DNA of 64,000 nucleotides, taken from IMG/VR virus record IMGVR_UViG_3300037067_006044, positions 37,565 through 101,564 of that record, one strand, 5' to 3'. The translations under genes were made by a program, and so were the position numbers. Under the pieces are notes generated by a model. The model ran no database searches. It was not told the origin of the DNA and was given only the letters and a program-made list of their open reading frames with translations. The DNA comes from a virus. Lineage: Duplodnaviria; Caudoviricetes. Below, in pieces: positions 40,058 through 50,035 of the stretch. Within the stretch, counting starts at the first letter, position 1. The number at the start of each line of letters is the position of its first letter.

Positions 40058-41332
40058 TTATTCGAATTCTACAATGTATTTCGGTGTACATTGTCTGTCA
40101 TCATATATAATATACTCTGATCTATATAATGAAACTCCTTTTTGAGCCCAAACACTATCATAATCAGAATTTTTAATTTGTTTACTAATATTATAACAAT
40201 CCGAATCATGTTTTGTTTTTATTAATTGTTTCCCTACATGAAAATCAAATAATAATAAAAGTTGTTTTGATGTAGATTGTCCTCCAACCCATCTACCAGA
40301 ATCTGTATATCCAAAACTCTTATCATGATCCGAAGCTGCATAAATACCTGAATCCCACATATTTCCATTGAAATTGGCGAAAGATGGACGAATTAATAAA
40401 GATTTGCTGATTATGCTTAAATAATTACAACTTTTTGAACCGTGCCACAATAATTGTGTTTCTTTATTCTTAGCATTCTTTACATAATTATCGAATATTT
40501 CTTGTTGTTTATAATTAGTAATTCTAAATGCTTGTTTAAATCTTTGATGACTTGTATCGCTATCTTTTATAATTTTCTTAATCTTATCTTCTTCATCTTT
40601 AGTAATTGGTTCAATATTAATTCCAAGAGATTTAAGAATATCAAACTTATCACTTATTCCTTTTTCGTTCTTAATCTTTTCAATCTCTTGTTTAATTGTG
40701 TCTCTTTGACTTTTTACATTCTGTTCAAGTGCATCTAATAATTCCTGTTCATTATCTATCTTTTCAAATGCCTTTTGTAATTCGTCTTTATCTACAATCG
40801 GAGTAAATAATGAAGTTTTAACATCTCTCAATTTTCTTTGAGAAAGAGAAATAAGTTCTAAATAATCATTGTTTATTTTATTAATATCACAATTAACAGA
40901 AATATTTTGTCTAATATTACTAATTAATTCATTTACTCTTTTAAAGAGTTTATCATTTGGAAGTACATCACCTAAGATATAGTTTTCTTTAATAGTATTA
41001 CTACTTGCATTATTAAGATAAACTATTAAATCGTGAATTAGTTTATTTTCTATTTGGAAAGATTGTGAATTACCATCTGACGATTCTTTTAAAGATATCA
41101 ACTCGAAAAATTCTGTGCGGTCAATATATCCCTTTTTATCTGATATAGAACCATTGTATTTTGTTCTCCACCCAGATTCAGATTTTTGTTCAAGTTTACC
41201 AGAAGAACCAATTCTTCCATAGTAACATTCAAACATATTTTCTTTTTTAATTGCCTTCCAAAATTTATAATTGTTTTCCATTGGGCGACAACTAACAAGA
41301 TAATAAAAGTCTTTAATTTCAAAATTACTCAT
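40058..41332 (-). CDS. PARP-like ADP-ribosyltransferase (WGR, helical and catalytic domains)
   Basis: NNYKFW...YYGRIG (WGR), LLWHGS, GNMWDSGIYAA, KSFGY, SEYIIY: H-Y-E triad present. Confidence 0.88.
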   Translation of the reverse strand: MSNFEIKDFYYLVSCRPMENNYKFWKAIKKENMFECYYGRIGSSGKLEQKSESGWRTKYNGSISDKKGYIDRTEFFELISLKESSDGNSQSFQIENKLIHDLIVYLNNASSNTIKENYILGDVLPNDKLFKRVNELISNIRQNISVNCDINKINNDYLELISLSQRKLRDVKTSLFTPIVDKDELQKAFEKIDNEQELLDALEQNVKSQRDTIKQEIEKIKNEKGISDKFDILKSLGINIEPITKDEEDKIKKIIKDSDTSHQRFKQAFRITNYKQQEIFDNYVKNAKNKETQLLWHGSKSCNYLSIISKSLLIRPSFANFNGNMWDSGIYAASDHDKSFGYTDSGRWVGGQSTSKQLLLLFDFHVGKQLIKTKHDSDCYNISKQIKNSDYDSVWAQKGVSLYRSEYIIYDDRQCTPKYIVEFE

Positions 41333-41389
41333 AAAATTATATATTAAATTAAATAATTATTTTTAATTTGATTGATAATTGTTGTTCTA

Positions 41390-41620
41390 TTAGTATTTAA
41401 ATTCTATGTATTCTTTAATTATTTCTTTTTTACTGAATATTCTACTTGATGTTTCTTGATATGTATCATTGTCATTTGAATTTAATAAATAAAACTTTCG
41501 TGATTCTTGATATGTACCATTAAAAACTTCTTTTTTATTTTTTAATATGTTATAAATTGGTTCACCATTAGAATTTCTAACATCAGTTTCTTCTATTTTA
41601 TATCTGTTTTTAAACAACAT
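41390..41620 (-). CDS. hypothetical protein
   Basis: 76-aa ORF behind a host-type promoter. Confidence 0.6.
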   Translation of the reverse strand: MLFKNRYKIEETDVRNSNGEPIYNILKNKKEVFNGTYQESRKFYLLNSNDNDTYQETSSRIFSKKEIIKEYIEFKY

Positions 41621-41643
41621 GAATTATATTTTTAATTATATCA

Positions 41644-41674
41644 CAAATATATAATAAAATTAATTAAAAACAAA
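41644..41674 (-). promoter_or_regulatory. Bacteroidota sigma70-type promoter
   Basis: TTTG-N19-TATATTTG. Confidence 0.7.
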
Positions 41675-41902
41675 ATATTTTCATATCTAATTTTAATAAA
41701 CATGAAAATATTTATCATAATTTATAATTTTTCTTCCATTCAATCCAATTGAAATGCTCAGTTATTATAGTTGTGGCTTTTTCATCTCTATTTATAAACA
41801 AATTAAACGATATTCTTATATTCGATATAAACATATAGATTTTGGGAAAATTAAGATATAATTTTTTTCATTTTTATAAGTTTTAAATTAAATTTTACTC
41901 TA

Positions 41903-41934
41903 CAAAAATAAACATAATAAATTTAATAAACAAA
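41903..41934 (-). promoter_or_regulatory. Bacteroidota sigma70-type promoter
   Basis: TTTG-N20-TATTTTTG. Confidence 0.65.
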
Positions 41935-41938
41935 TGAT

Positions 41939-42228
41939 TTAACATTTAATTTTAAAAATAATTCCATTACCAACTATTCGTTTACCTTCTTTCAATTCAA
42001 ATTCTAATCCAATAAACAATTTATCAGATAGAAAATCGATAGAATCTTTTACTATTATTTCTATTTCACAGAATGATTCTTCACACTGTTTTAATTCTGA
42101 TTTATTAATTAAATCAACTTTACACGATGCATTCCAATCAATGTTTTTAAATGAAATAACTCCAAAATAACCATTTAAGAGAGGATTATTTCTATTTGAG
42201 TTTAACTTTAAAATTGTTTCTATTTTCA
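41939..42228 (-). CDS. EF-Tu domain III-like small protein
   Basis: C-terminus GLEFELKEGKRIVGNGII resembles EF-Tu GLRFAIREGGRTVGAGVV; ATG near 42228 preferred over the TTG at 42247. Confidence 0.5.
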
Positions 42229-42346
42229 TAATATTAATTTTAAACAAAGATAAAGAAAAGAAATGATATAAACAAAAGAAAAGACGTTTAAAATATTAAA
42301 TAAAATAAATTATATACATATGTCGTTGGTTTTTTCTTAACATCTT
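42226..42346 (-). repeat. dispersed ~120-bp promoter-bearing repeat
   Basis: Near-identical to 63240-63363; contains TTTG-N20-TATCTTTG at 42245-42276. Confidence 0.9.
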
Positions 42347-42498
42347 CAATCATGTCAATTAGTTACATGAAATCACTTTTACACTTTTCTGTAATAATTT
42401 AATTTGAAATGTTAATAAATGTTAAAAATTAAAAATAATCATAAAATCATTTTAATTTAATACTCAAATAATTTATATTTTTAGAAAAATAAAACAAT

Positions 42499-42825
42499 AT
42501 GGAAACAACATATCAAAATAATTCTATTAATCATTATGAATATGATAATTATAGAATAGAAACAAAATTAAAATCTAATGAAGTAGAAATAACTTTTAAG
42601 AATTACAGACAATTTAAATTATTCTTTCATAAAACAAAAGAAGAAATAGATATGTTTGATGTTGAAAATTTAATACTTCATCTAAATGAATATTTTAAAA
42701 TAAATAATAATTTAATTTATAATGTTATAGATATTCCTACATTTGAATTTAGAAAAATAGAAACTAAATTATCAAAAGAATTATATGATTCAGAATATAA
42801 AAAATTAAAAACTAATTCGAAATAA
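42499..42825 (+). CDS. hypothetical protein
   Basis: 108-aa ORF. Confidence 0.7.
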   Translation: METTYQNNSINHYEYDNYRIETKLKSNEVEITFKNYRQFKLFFHKTKEEIDMFDVENLILHLNEYFKINNNLIYNVIDIPTFEFRKIETKLSKELYDSEYKKLKTNSK

Positions 42826-42986
42826 ATATGACTGAAAATCAATTAACTTATATTGAATGGACAACATTATGGATGTCTATTAGATATGCAATGAATAGAG
42901 AAACTATTGCAAGTTCATCATTACCAGAAATGATTATTACTAATTATTATAGTAGATTAAGTGATAATCAAAAACAATCAATTGTA

Positions 42987-44742
42987 AATGAAAAACAATA
43001 TAATTCTATACAAAACTTTGTAAGTTTCATTCCTTTCTTTTATTGTTTTGTAAAATATAAATATTTTTATATATTTTAAAACAATAAAAATTAATCTTTT
43101 TTATATTTATTTTAAATTATTTAAATGAAAGTTTTAAAAGTAAAAATAGTTTTTAATTCCAATCCTTCTTTTATTAGAAAGAAACAAGTTTACTATTCTT
43201 ATGCTTTTAGAAAATTATATAAACATTTCGATTTGACCGACATTCCTTTCTTAGAAAAACTATCTAAAACTTTCAATCTCTCTAAATATGAACTAAACTG
43301 TTTAAAATCAGATGTTAAAACTAAAATCAGTCAAATTCAAACAAATAAAGAAACTTTAGAAGATAAGATTCTTTCTTTGATGGAAGATATAGAAGATATT
43401 AAAAATCAAGAAAATACAAGAAAAAATAGAAGTAAAATATTTATTCTCGAAAGAAAACTTAGAAAAGCAAACAAAAGACTACCTAAAGATATAGTTTTTG
43501 GAACTAAAGATATTTTGAAAAGAATTAGTTTCCTGTCGAACAACAAAGAAGAAAATAAATCTGAAATTGAAAAATTAAAAGAAGAATTCTCTGAAAATAA
43601 GATATTACCACTTAACTATTTAGGTAGTTTGAATGATGGAAATTCAAATAGATATTTTAATTTCGATTTTGAAAACAATACAGTTGTTTATAAACCAAAC
43701 AAAAATACTAAGATTGAATTAAAATATAGTTTACATTCAAAACCATACAAAAAACAACTTTTACAATTACAAGAAATTAAAGACTCTAAATTACTCCCAA
43801 TAACAGTAAGACTTTCAACTGAATATATTTACATTTGTTTTGATGAACAGAAGTTAAATGGATTTGCTTTCAATAAAAAAGGGTGTAAAAAGGAATTAAA
43901 GGAAACTGTAAATGATTTAAATGCAAAACAAATTTATAGAAATGGTTTTATAGAACAGGCAGTAAGACAGTTAAAAAGAAAGAATGAAAACAGATTGTTT
44001 GCTTTAGATTTAAATCCTTGTTTTATTGGCTGTTCAATATTGGAAAAGACAGGAGATGGAACATTTAAGATATTAGATAAATTTTGTTATGATTTAAGTA
44101 TTTTGACAGCAAAGTCAAACAAATCTTCATTCCATAAAGATTCTAAGTATTTGAATAGTAAAAGAAAACACGAAATAAGTCTAATATACAAAGACATCTT
44201 TAAAAAGATAAGGCACTTCAATTGTGGTTATTTTGCAATGGAAGATTTAAATTTTAAAGGAACAAATTTAAAATTAGAGAAAAAAGAATTTAACAGAAAA
44301 ACAAAGAATGTTTGGAACTTAAACTTCCAAACTAATTTAATATCAAAACATTGTAATGAACAAGGAATAATAAAGATTGATGTAGATCCGTGTTATACCT
44401 CGTTCATAGGAAACATTTTATATTCTGATTTTGACCCAATCAACGCTTCAGTTGAGATTGGAAGAAGAGGAATGTTCAGATATAGTAAAGGGTTTAAATA
44501 TTTTCCAAATTTAACAGAAACAATCAAAGACACTATGATATTGCGGTTTACACCGCAAGGAGATGTTCTAAAGATTAAGGACTGTACAAGTTGGAAAAGT
44601 TTATTTAAATTCTTTAAAGAAACGAAAATTATATATCGTTTTCAACTGAAAGATTGTATTTTTGGTTGTTTTAGCAAGAACCATATAAAAAGCAAGGTAT
44701 CTTTATATACCTTTTAATAGTTTTATATTGTTTTTGTATATA
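42987..44742 (+). mobile_element. non-autonomous TnpB-only insertion element 1
   Basis: Both ends shared with 58161-59909; preceded by TTGTA; excision restores the host ORF. Confidence 0.85.
43125..44717 (+). CDS. tnpB: TnpB-like RuvC nuclease lacking the Zn ribbon, 530 aa
   Basis: RuvC-I ALDLNP, RuvC-II AMEDL, YTSFIG directly followed by DPINASVEIGRRG. Confidence 0.85.
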   Translation: MKVLKVKIVFNSNPSFIRKKQVYYSYAFRKLYKHFDLTDIPFLEKLSKTFNLSKYELNCLKSDVKTKISQIQTNKETLEDKILSLMEDIEDIKNQENTRKNRSKIFILERKLRKANKRLPKDIVFGTKDILKRISFLSNNKEENKSEIEKLKEEFSENKILPLNYLGSLNDGNSNRYFNFDFENNTVVYKPNKNTKIELKYSLHSKPYKKQLLQLQEIKDSKLLPITVRLSTEYIYICFDEQKLNGFAFNKKGCKKELKETVNDLNAKQIYRNGFIEQAVRQLKRKNENRLFALDLNPCFIGCSILEKTGDGTFKILDKFCYDLSILTAKSNKSSFHKDSKYLNSKRKHEISLIYKDIFKKIRHFNCGYFAMEDLNFKGTNLKLEKKEFNRKTKNVWNLNFQTNLISKHCNEQGIIKIDVDPCYTSFIGNILYSDFDPINASVEIGRRGMFRYSKGFKYFPNLTETIKDTMILRFTPQGDVLKIKDCTSWKSLFKFFKETKIIYRFQLKDCIFGCFSKNHIKSKVSLYTF

Positions 44743-45175
44743 AAAGATTTAAGAAATAATTTTAAAGATTTTGGTGAAAATACCTTTGGAAATAAAATAA
44801 TAGATAAACCAACATGGTTGAAATTTTGGTTTGCATTAGATTCTAAACTTCATTATGATATTAAATTAATAGATAATTCTATTATTACTGTATTTGATTG
44901 TTTAGATAGAGTTATTCAATTAAATGAGTATCTAAAAACACCAGATAGAATGATATTTGTTCCAGAAGAGAATATTAAAGAAATTTATCATTCATCTAAT
45001 ATAATTTATAATGTGGTTGGTTCTTCTACTTCTGAAAATGATATAGAAGATAAAGAATATTTTGATATGGTAGTTGAAGATTTAGAATCATATCAACATA
45101 ATGACAACATTTTAAATGAAAAGGAATATAATGAATTAGAACAGATTATTGGTGAAGATTATTTAAATAAACAAG

Positions 45176-45472
45176 ATGAATATTGATAAATATATTGATT
45201 GGCAATCTATCTGGTATAATGAAATTATTTTATTAGATATTTTAGGATATTGCAATGATAAATATAAAGAAGTTATTAATCAATTTTTAAAAGATGATAA
45301 TGTTGATTTATTATTATCGGAATGTCAATTATTAGAAAACGATGAATTGTTTTTTAGTTTTGAAGAAAGTGGAGGACAAAATGAAAGTGATACTCAAGGA
45401 TGGAGTAGAAATTATGATTTTGTTTTTGATAAAGATTTTTATTTAATTTCTGTAGAATATAGTCAAGGTTAA
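45176..45472 (+). CDS. hypothetical acidic protein
   Basis: 98-aa ORF. Confidence 0.65.
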   Translation: MNIDKYIDWQSIWYNEIILLDILGYCNDKYKEVINQFLKDDNVDLLLSECQLLENDELFFSFEESGGQNESDTQGWSRNYDFVFDKDFYLISVEYSQG

Positions 45473-45477
45473 AAATT

Positions 45478-45753
45478 ATGATACAAAGAGAAGAATTATT
45501 AAAAATAGGATTTAAAGAAATACCACATTTCACACTCATGAATAGTTTAATTTATGATTTAGGAAGAAATAGACAATTATCAATAGGTTGTTTGTCAGAA
45601 CCAAATGAAATGATGTTTATTTGTGAATCTGAAGAAAATAATAATAAAAATATAACTGATTCTATTTGTATTCATAATTTTGATTATGATGGATATATTT
45701 CAATGGAAAAAATAAAATCATTAATTAAAATTTTAACTAATAAGGAATTATGA
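45478..45753 (+). CDS. hypothetical protein
   Basis: 91-aa ORF. Confidence 0.7.
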   Translation: MIQREELLKIGFKEIPHFTLMNSLIYDLGRNRQLSIGCLSEPNEMMFICESEENNNKNITDSICIHNFDYDGYISMEKIKSLIKILTNKEL

Positions 45754-46091
45754 ATAAACGATATCCAATAAAAATAAGCAATGATACATTTATAATGATG
45801 TACATTTATGAAAGACAAAAGAATTTAGAAGATATGTGGTTCTTCGATTTAATAGAAAAAGATGATGTGGATTATAATAATAAAATAGAAAATAAATATT
45901 ATAATTCAAAAAATACTTCTCAATTTGCAGCTCAAGAATTAATAAGACAAATAGGAGATGAGTGTAATGGACATTTTATGGAAGCATTAATAATGGAATC
46001 TGTCAAAGAATATTTAAATAATCACACTACTAAAGAAAATAAAGAAGAGAGATTGAATGAAATTTTAAATAAAATAAAAGAATTAAAATAA
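45750..46091 (+). CDS. hypothetical protein
   Basis: 113-aa ORF, ATGA overlap. Confidence 0.7.
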   Translation: MNKRYPIKISNDTFIMMYIYERQKNLEDMWFFDLIEKDDVDYNNKIENKYYNSKNTSQFAAQELIRQIGDECNGHFMEALIMESVKEYLNNHTTKENKEERLNEILNKIKELK

Positions 46092-46143
46092 TTATTTCTG
46101 TTTTTTATATTTTATAATAAAAACAACATTTAATTTATAAAAT

Positions 46144-46347
46144 ATGAAAACAAATTTAATAGAAAGATTAAGATTAATATTTCCAAATCTTCAAATGACA
46201 ATAGAAGGAAAATATTCAACTAAACAAGAACATGATTATAATCAACCATTGGAAATAACTTGGTATGATTTCTTAGAAATATTAGAAGAAAACAAATTAG
46301 AAATTACAGCAAAGCATGAAATTAACAATTATAGATTTATTGAATGA
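46144..46347 (+). CDS. hypothetical protein
   Basis: 67-aa ORF. Confidence 0.55.
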   Translation: MKTNLIERLRLIFPNLQMTIEGKYSTKQEHDYNQPLEITWYDFLEILEENKLEITAKHEINNYRFIE

Positions 46348-46951
46348 TTTATTAAATTATAATAAAATAGATATAAATCAGTATCATTCATTATTTTCAA
46401 GGAGTAAAGATTTTCATAATTCCGAATATATTGATTATAAGATAATAAATAATGAATTCTTTATAGAAGTTAATGATGAACTGACATTAAATTATAGATT
46501 AGTCTCAGGATTAAATAGAATTGAAAAAAGACAACTTAGAAATATAAATGATAATTTTATTGAAATTTATAATTTTTATTTAGAAGGTTATAGTAAAGGA
46601 TTATTTGATTTTTGTGGTACTAATGTTAAGACTGTTTATAATTCAATTGCTTCTAATTCAATGATTTGCTTTAAGAAGTACGAACAAGGAGAATATTCTA
46701 AAGAAACAATCTATCAAACAGGAATTCAATGTTCTCAATCAGATGAATTAAGAAAAGTTATTCTTGGTAAAAAAGGTTTTGGGTTAGTTAAGGAATTATA
46801 TTGTTCAGGAATTGCAGAGTGGAGTTTTACAGAAGAAGAAATCTTAAATGAATTTAAAATTAGAAATATAAATATTCCAGAACCATTTCTTTTAGATTTT
46901 AGAAAAACATGGAGAAAGAAAAGAGATGAAATTATTTTTAAAAATATTTAA
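46316..46951 (+). CDS. hypothetical protein
   Basis: 211-aa ORF. Confidence 0.75.
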   Translation: MKLTIIDLLNDLLNYNKIDINQYHSLFSRSKDFHNSEYIDYKIINNEFFIEVNDELTLNYRLVSGLNRIEKRQLRNINDNFIEIYNFYLEGYSKGLFDFCGTNVKTVYNSIASNSMICFKKYEQGEYSKETIYQTGIQCSQSDELRKVILGKKGFGLVKELYCSGIAEWSFTEEEILNEFKIRNINIPEPFLLDFRKTWRKKRDEIIFKNI

Positions 46952-47017
46952 TAAAATATTATAATTTTAATTTTAACTTTTTTATATTTTTAAAAATAAA
47001 CAAATAAATAATTTTAT

Positions 47018-47302
47018 ATGAAAAATACAATTAAAAAAGAATCTGATGAATTTACATCAAATGAATTATTATTATATATTAATAAAATTCAAACTGAGTT
47101 TTATGATAAATTTAATGATGATATTATGATTGAACAAAGTAATGAAGAAATTCAATCAGAAAGAAAAGCATTCCTAAATAAAAAGAATGAATTATTAAAA
47201 GAATATAAATGTATTAGTTTTAAACAAATGATAAAACAAGATATGCTAAAAGAAGCATATAAATGTTTATCTATATTAGATGAAATGTTTTTAAAAAAAT
47301 AA
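47018..47302 (+). CDS. hypothetical protein
   Basis: 94-aa ORF. Confidence 0.65.
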   Translation: MKNTIKKESDEFTSNELLLYINKIQTEFYDKFNDDIMIEQSNEEIQSERKAFLNKKNELLKEYKCISFKQMIKQDMLKEAYKCLSILDEMFLKK

Positions 47303-47544
47303 ATTATAATTTTAAATCATAAATTCTTATAATATGAGTTTATGATTTTTTATTTAAATAAACATATGATTTATAAAAATAAAAACAAACGATATAGAAT
47401 AAGAGTTTCACTTGATAATTTTGAATATATAATTCAATTTAGAAATTGTTTTAGTTTAATTTGGAAAACTATATTTTTAAATAATTATTACTCATCTTTT
47501 GAAGAAGCTGAAGATGAAATTAGATTATTAATTAAAAAATAAAT

Positions 47545-47886
47545 ATGATAAAAATTTATATTGCATCTCCATATACAATAGGAAATAAAGAAGAAAATGT
47601 CAAAAGACAAATTGAAGTTGCAAATCAATTGATGGATTTAAAATATTGTCCATTCACTCCTCTTTTATCACATTATCATAATTCAATGTTTGAAAGAAGT
47701 TATGAAGATTGGATGGAAATTGATTTTGAATGGATTAAGAGTTGTGATGGTATTCTTAGATTAGAAGGAGAAAGTAGAGGAGCAGATGCAGAAATTGAAT
47801 TTGCAAAACAATTAGGTATTTCTGTTTTTTATTCTATAGAGGATTTAGAAGAATATAAAAATAAAGGTTCATTTTTATATTTATAA
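47545..47886 (+). CDS. nucleoside 2-deoxyribosyltransferase-like (DUF1937/DUF4406) protein
   Basis: KIYIASPY...CDGILRLEGESRGADAEIEFA. Confidence 0.8.
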   Translation: MIKIYIASPYTIGNKEENVKRQIEVANQLMDLKYCPFTPLLSHYHNSMFERSYEDWMEIDFEWIKSCDGILRLEGESRGADAEIEFAKQLGISVFYSIEDLEEYKNKGSFLYL

Positions 47887-47900
47887 TAAAAAATATAGAA

Positions 47901-48533
47901 ATGGCAAAGCAATTATCTCAACTTCAAAAAGCATATCAATTATTTTTTAGACAAAAGTTATTAAAATATCATGTTACATCTCCTGCAAAAATTAAAGACA
48001 AAGAAAAGAAAAAAGAGTTTTTTAATGAAGTTAAAAATGATTGGCAGAAAAGAAGAAATAGAACTGTAGATAAAGAAAAAATAAAAGGTAAATATTATAA
48101 TCAATATATTAGATGTATTAAAAGACGATTTAATATTCCAAAAGGAAATCTTGAAAGTGGTATGTTAGTAGAGTTAAGATATTATACAAGAAATAAAACA
48201 ACAAAGAAACCAAATCCAGTTAGAAAATATCTTGTTCTTATTCTTCATCCTAATTATAAAAAATATATTCATTGTCTTAGACTTGATAATGTTAAACCTT
48301 TATTCTTTAAAAGATTATATGAAAAGACCGGAATAGTTACTTGTGATTATAATTCTAAATGTGAAAGATTAAATGTAAAACAATTATTGTTAGAACAGAA
48401 AGATGCTAAAAAATTCTATATAAAAGAATTAAGACCTAAAATGAAATTACAATTTGGAAAATCATACCGAACTTTTAAGTATAGTCAGTTGAGAATCTCA
48501 TCTTTGTATTTTTTCGATTTCACAAAGATATAA
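47901..48533 (+). CDS. basic late protein, possibly DNA end-protector-like
   Basis: K/R-rich; TATATTTATA upstream at 47876-47885; weak resemblance only. Confidence 0.45.
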   Translation: MAKQLSQLQKAYQLFFRQKLLKYHVTSPAKIKDKEKKKEFFNEVKNDWQKRRNRTVDKEKIKGKYYNQYIRCIKRRFNIPKGNLESGMLVELRYYTRNKTTKKPNPVRKYLVLILHPNYKKYIHCLRLDNVKPLFFKRLYEKTGIVTCDYNSKCERLNVKQLLLEQKDAKKFYIKELRPKMKLQFGKSYRTFKYSQLRISSLYFFDFTKI

Positions 48534-48543
48534 CTAATTAAAT

Positions 48544-48789
48544 ACGAAAGAAATAGAACAATATCAACCAGTAATAGATTTTTTATTAAAGAATGATTTT
48601 AATAGAACAGAATTTCTTTTTAATAATTCTAAATGTGAAGTTCAAATAAAAGAAAATTATTATATTGTTGAATTTTTTCTCAAGGAAATAAATGATTTTG
48701 TCTATATCTTATCTAATGATTTAAATATTTATTGGTTAATTGGAGTTCTAACTTGAAATGAATTAATCGATAAAAATTATAAGAAATAA
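48544..48789 (+). pseudogene. decayed small gene (ACG start, internal TGA)
   Basis: Open frame (T)KEIEQYQ...WLIGVLT*NELIDKNYKK*. Confidence 0.55.
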
Positions 48790-48911
48790 AATTTAAAATT
48801 TAAATATTTTTTGTTTTTAATCTTCCAATTTTATTGAAAAATAAGTTGGAAGATTTTTGTTTTTATACTGTATAATTTTTATATTTTTAAAATAATTCAA
48901 TTAAGTAATTT

Positions 48912-49541
48912 ATGAATATATCATATGCAATAACAGTTTGTAATGAAGATAAGGAATTAGAATCTCTTCTCAATCTTCTACATAATCATATAACCGAAGA
49001 AGATGAAATAATTATTCTTTCTGATTTACATAATACAGCAAAAGAAGTATTAGATATTATACAATTCTATTCAGAAAATTATAATCTTGTAAAACATTTT
49101 AAAAGAAGTCTTAATAAAGATTTTGCTTCTCAAAAGAATTTCTTATTTGATTTATGTGAAAAAGATTATATATTTAATATTGATGCAGATGAATTACCAA
49201 ATGTTTATTTATTAGAAAATATCAAATCTATATTAGATAAAAATAATACTGTTGAATTATTTATCCTTCCTCGTGTCAATATTGTTAATGGAATTACAAA
49301 AGAATATATAACAAAAATGAGATGGAATGTTAATGAAAAAGGATGGATAAATTGGCCTGATTCTCAACAAAGAATAAGTAAGAATAATGATAAAATAAGA
49401 TGGAATGGTAAAGTACATGAAAGATTAATTGGATATAATAATGTCGCCAATTTTCCATTAGATGAAAAATTTTGTTTATATCATATCAAAGAATTTAAAA
49501 AACAAATAGAACAAAATAACTTTTATTCAACTATAAAATGA
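48912..49541 (+). CDS. family 2 glycosyltransferase
   Basis: ISYAITVCNE, FASQKN, IDADE, WPD.Q.R, VHE. Confidence 0.9.
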   Translation: MNISYAITVCNEDKELESLLNLLHNHITEEDEIIILSDLHNTAKEVLDIIQFYSENYNLVKHFKRSLNKDFASQKNFLFDLCEKDYIFNIDADELPNVYLLENIKSILDKNNTVELFILPRVNIVNGITKEYITKMRWNVNEKGWINWPDSQQRISKNNDKIRWNGKVHERLIGYNNVANFPLDEKFCLYHIKEFKKQIEQNNFYSTIK

Positions 49542-49691
49542 CAATAGACGAAATTAAACAAGAAATAAATAACTATGAATCAAATTTAAATTCTGATATA
49601 GATTATTTAAAATATAAATTAAAACAAAAAGATAATATTAAATTATCAACTCAAATTATTTTATTAGAAACATTATTTAATTTAAATTAAA

Positions 49692-50009
49692 ATGAAACAA
49701 TTAAAATTTATAACATTATCAATAATCATTCTACTAATTTCATCTTGTTGTAATTGTGGCGGTGAATTAATAGATAGAAAATATGAAAAATGTATTATTA
49801 CTGAATTAGGTTCTCATGCAAAGCATTCATATATTAAATTCAAAATAATAAATAATAATGTAGAAGTATATAAAAGCATAAGATATCCTGATTTTAAAGT
49901 TTGTATTGGACAAAATGTGGAATTATTAATTTATACTTATAAGAATGATAAAAATGAATATGAATATAGAACAGATGATAAGGAAGTTTATTTAAAATTA
50001 TTAAACTAA
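49692..50009 (+). CDS. putative lipoprotein
   Basis: Signal peptide ending LLISSC (lipobox-like). Confidence 0.6.
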   Translation: MKQLKFITLSIIILLISSCCNCGGELIDRKYEKCIITELGSHAKHSYIKFKIINNNVEVYKSIRYPDFKVCIGQNVELLIYTYKNDKNEYEYRTDDKEVYLKLLN

Positions 50010-50035
50010 AATATATTTATAATTAAAAAAATTAA

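Larger units (their letters stand above)
42828..45186 (+). pseudogene. ~200-aa hypothetical gene split by a TnpB element
   Basis: Removing 42987-44742 joins ...QKQSIV to KDLRNNF... in frame (ATT GTA|AAA GAT). Confidence 0.8.

Noticed and set aside
42987-43124. IStron (group I intron plus IS) rescuing the split gene
   Set aside because: The left end is only about 140 nt of nearly pure A/T with no group I core.
44728-45186. Independent gene starting at TTG 44728
   Set aside because: The start lies inside the element right end; it is the 3' part of the gene starting at 42828.
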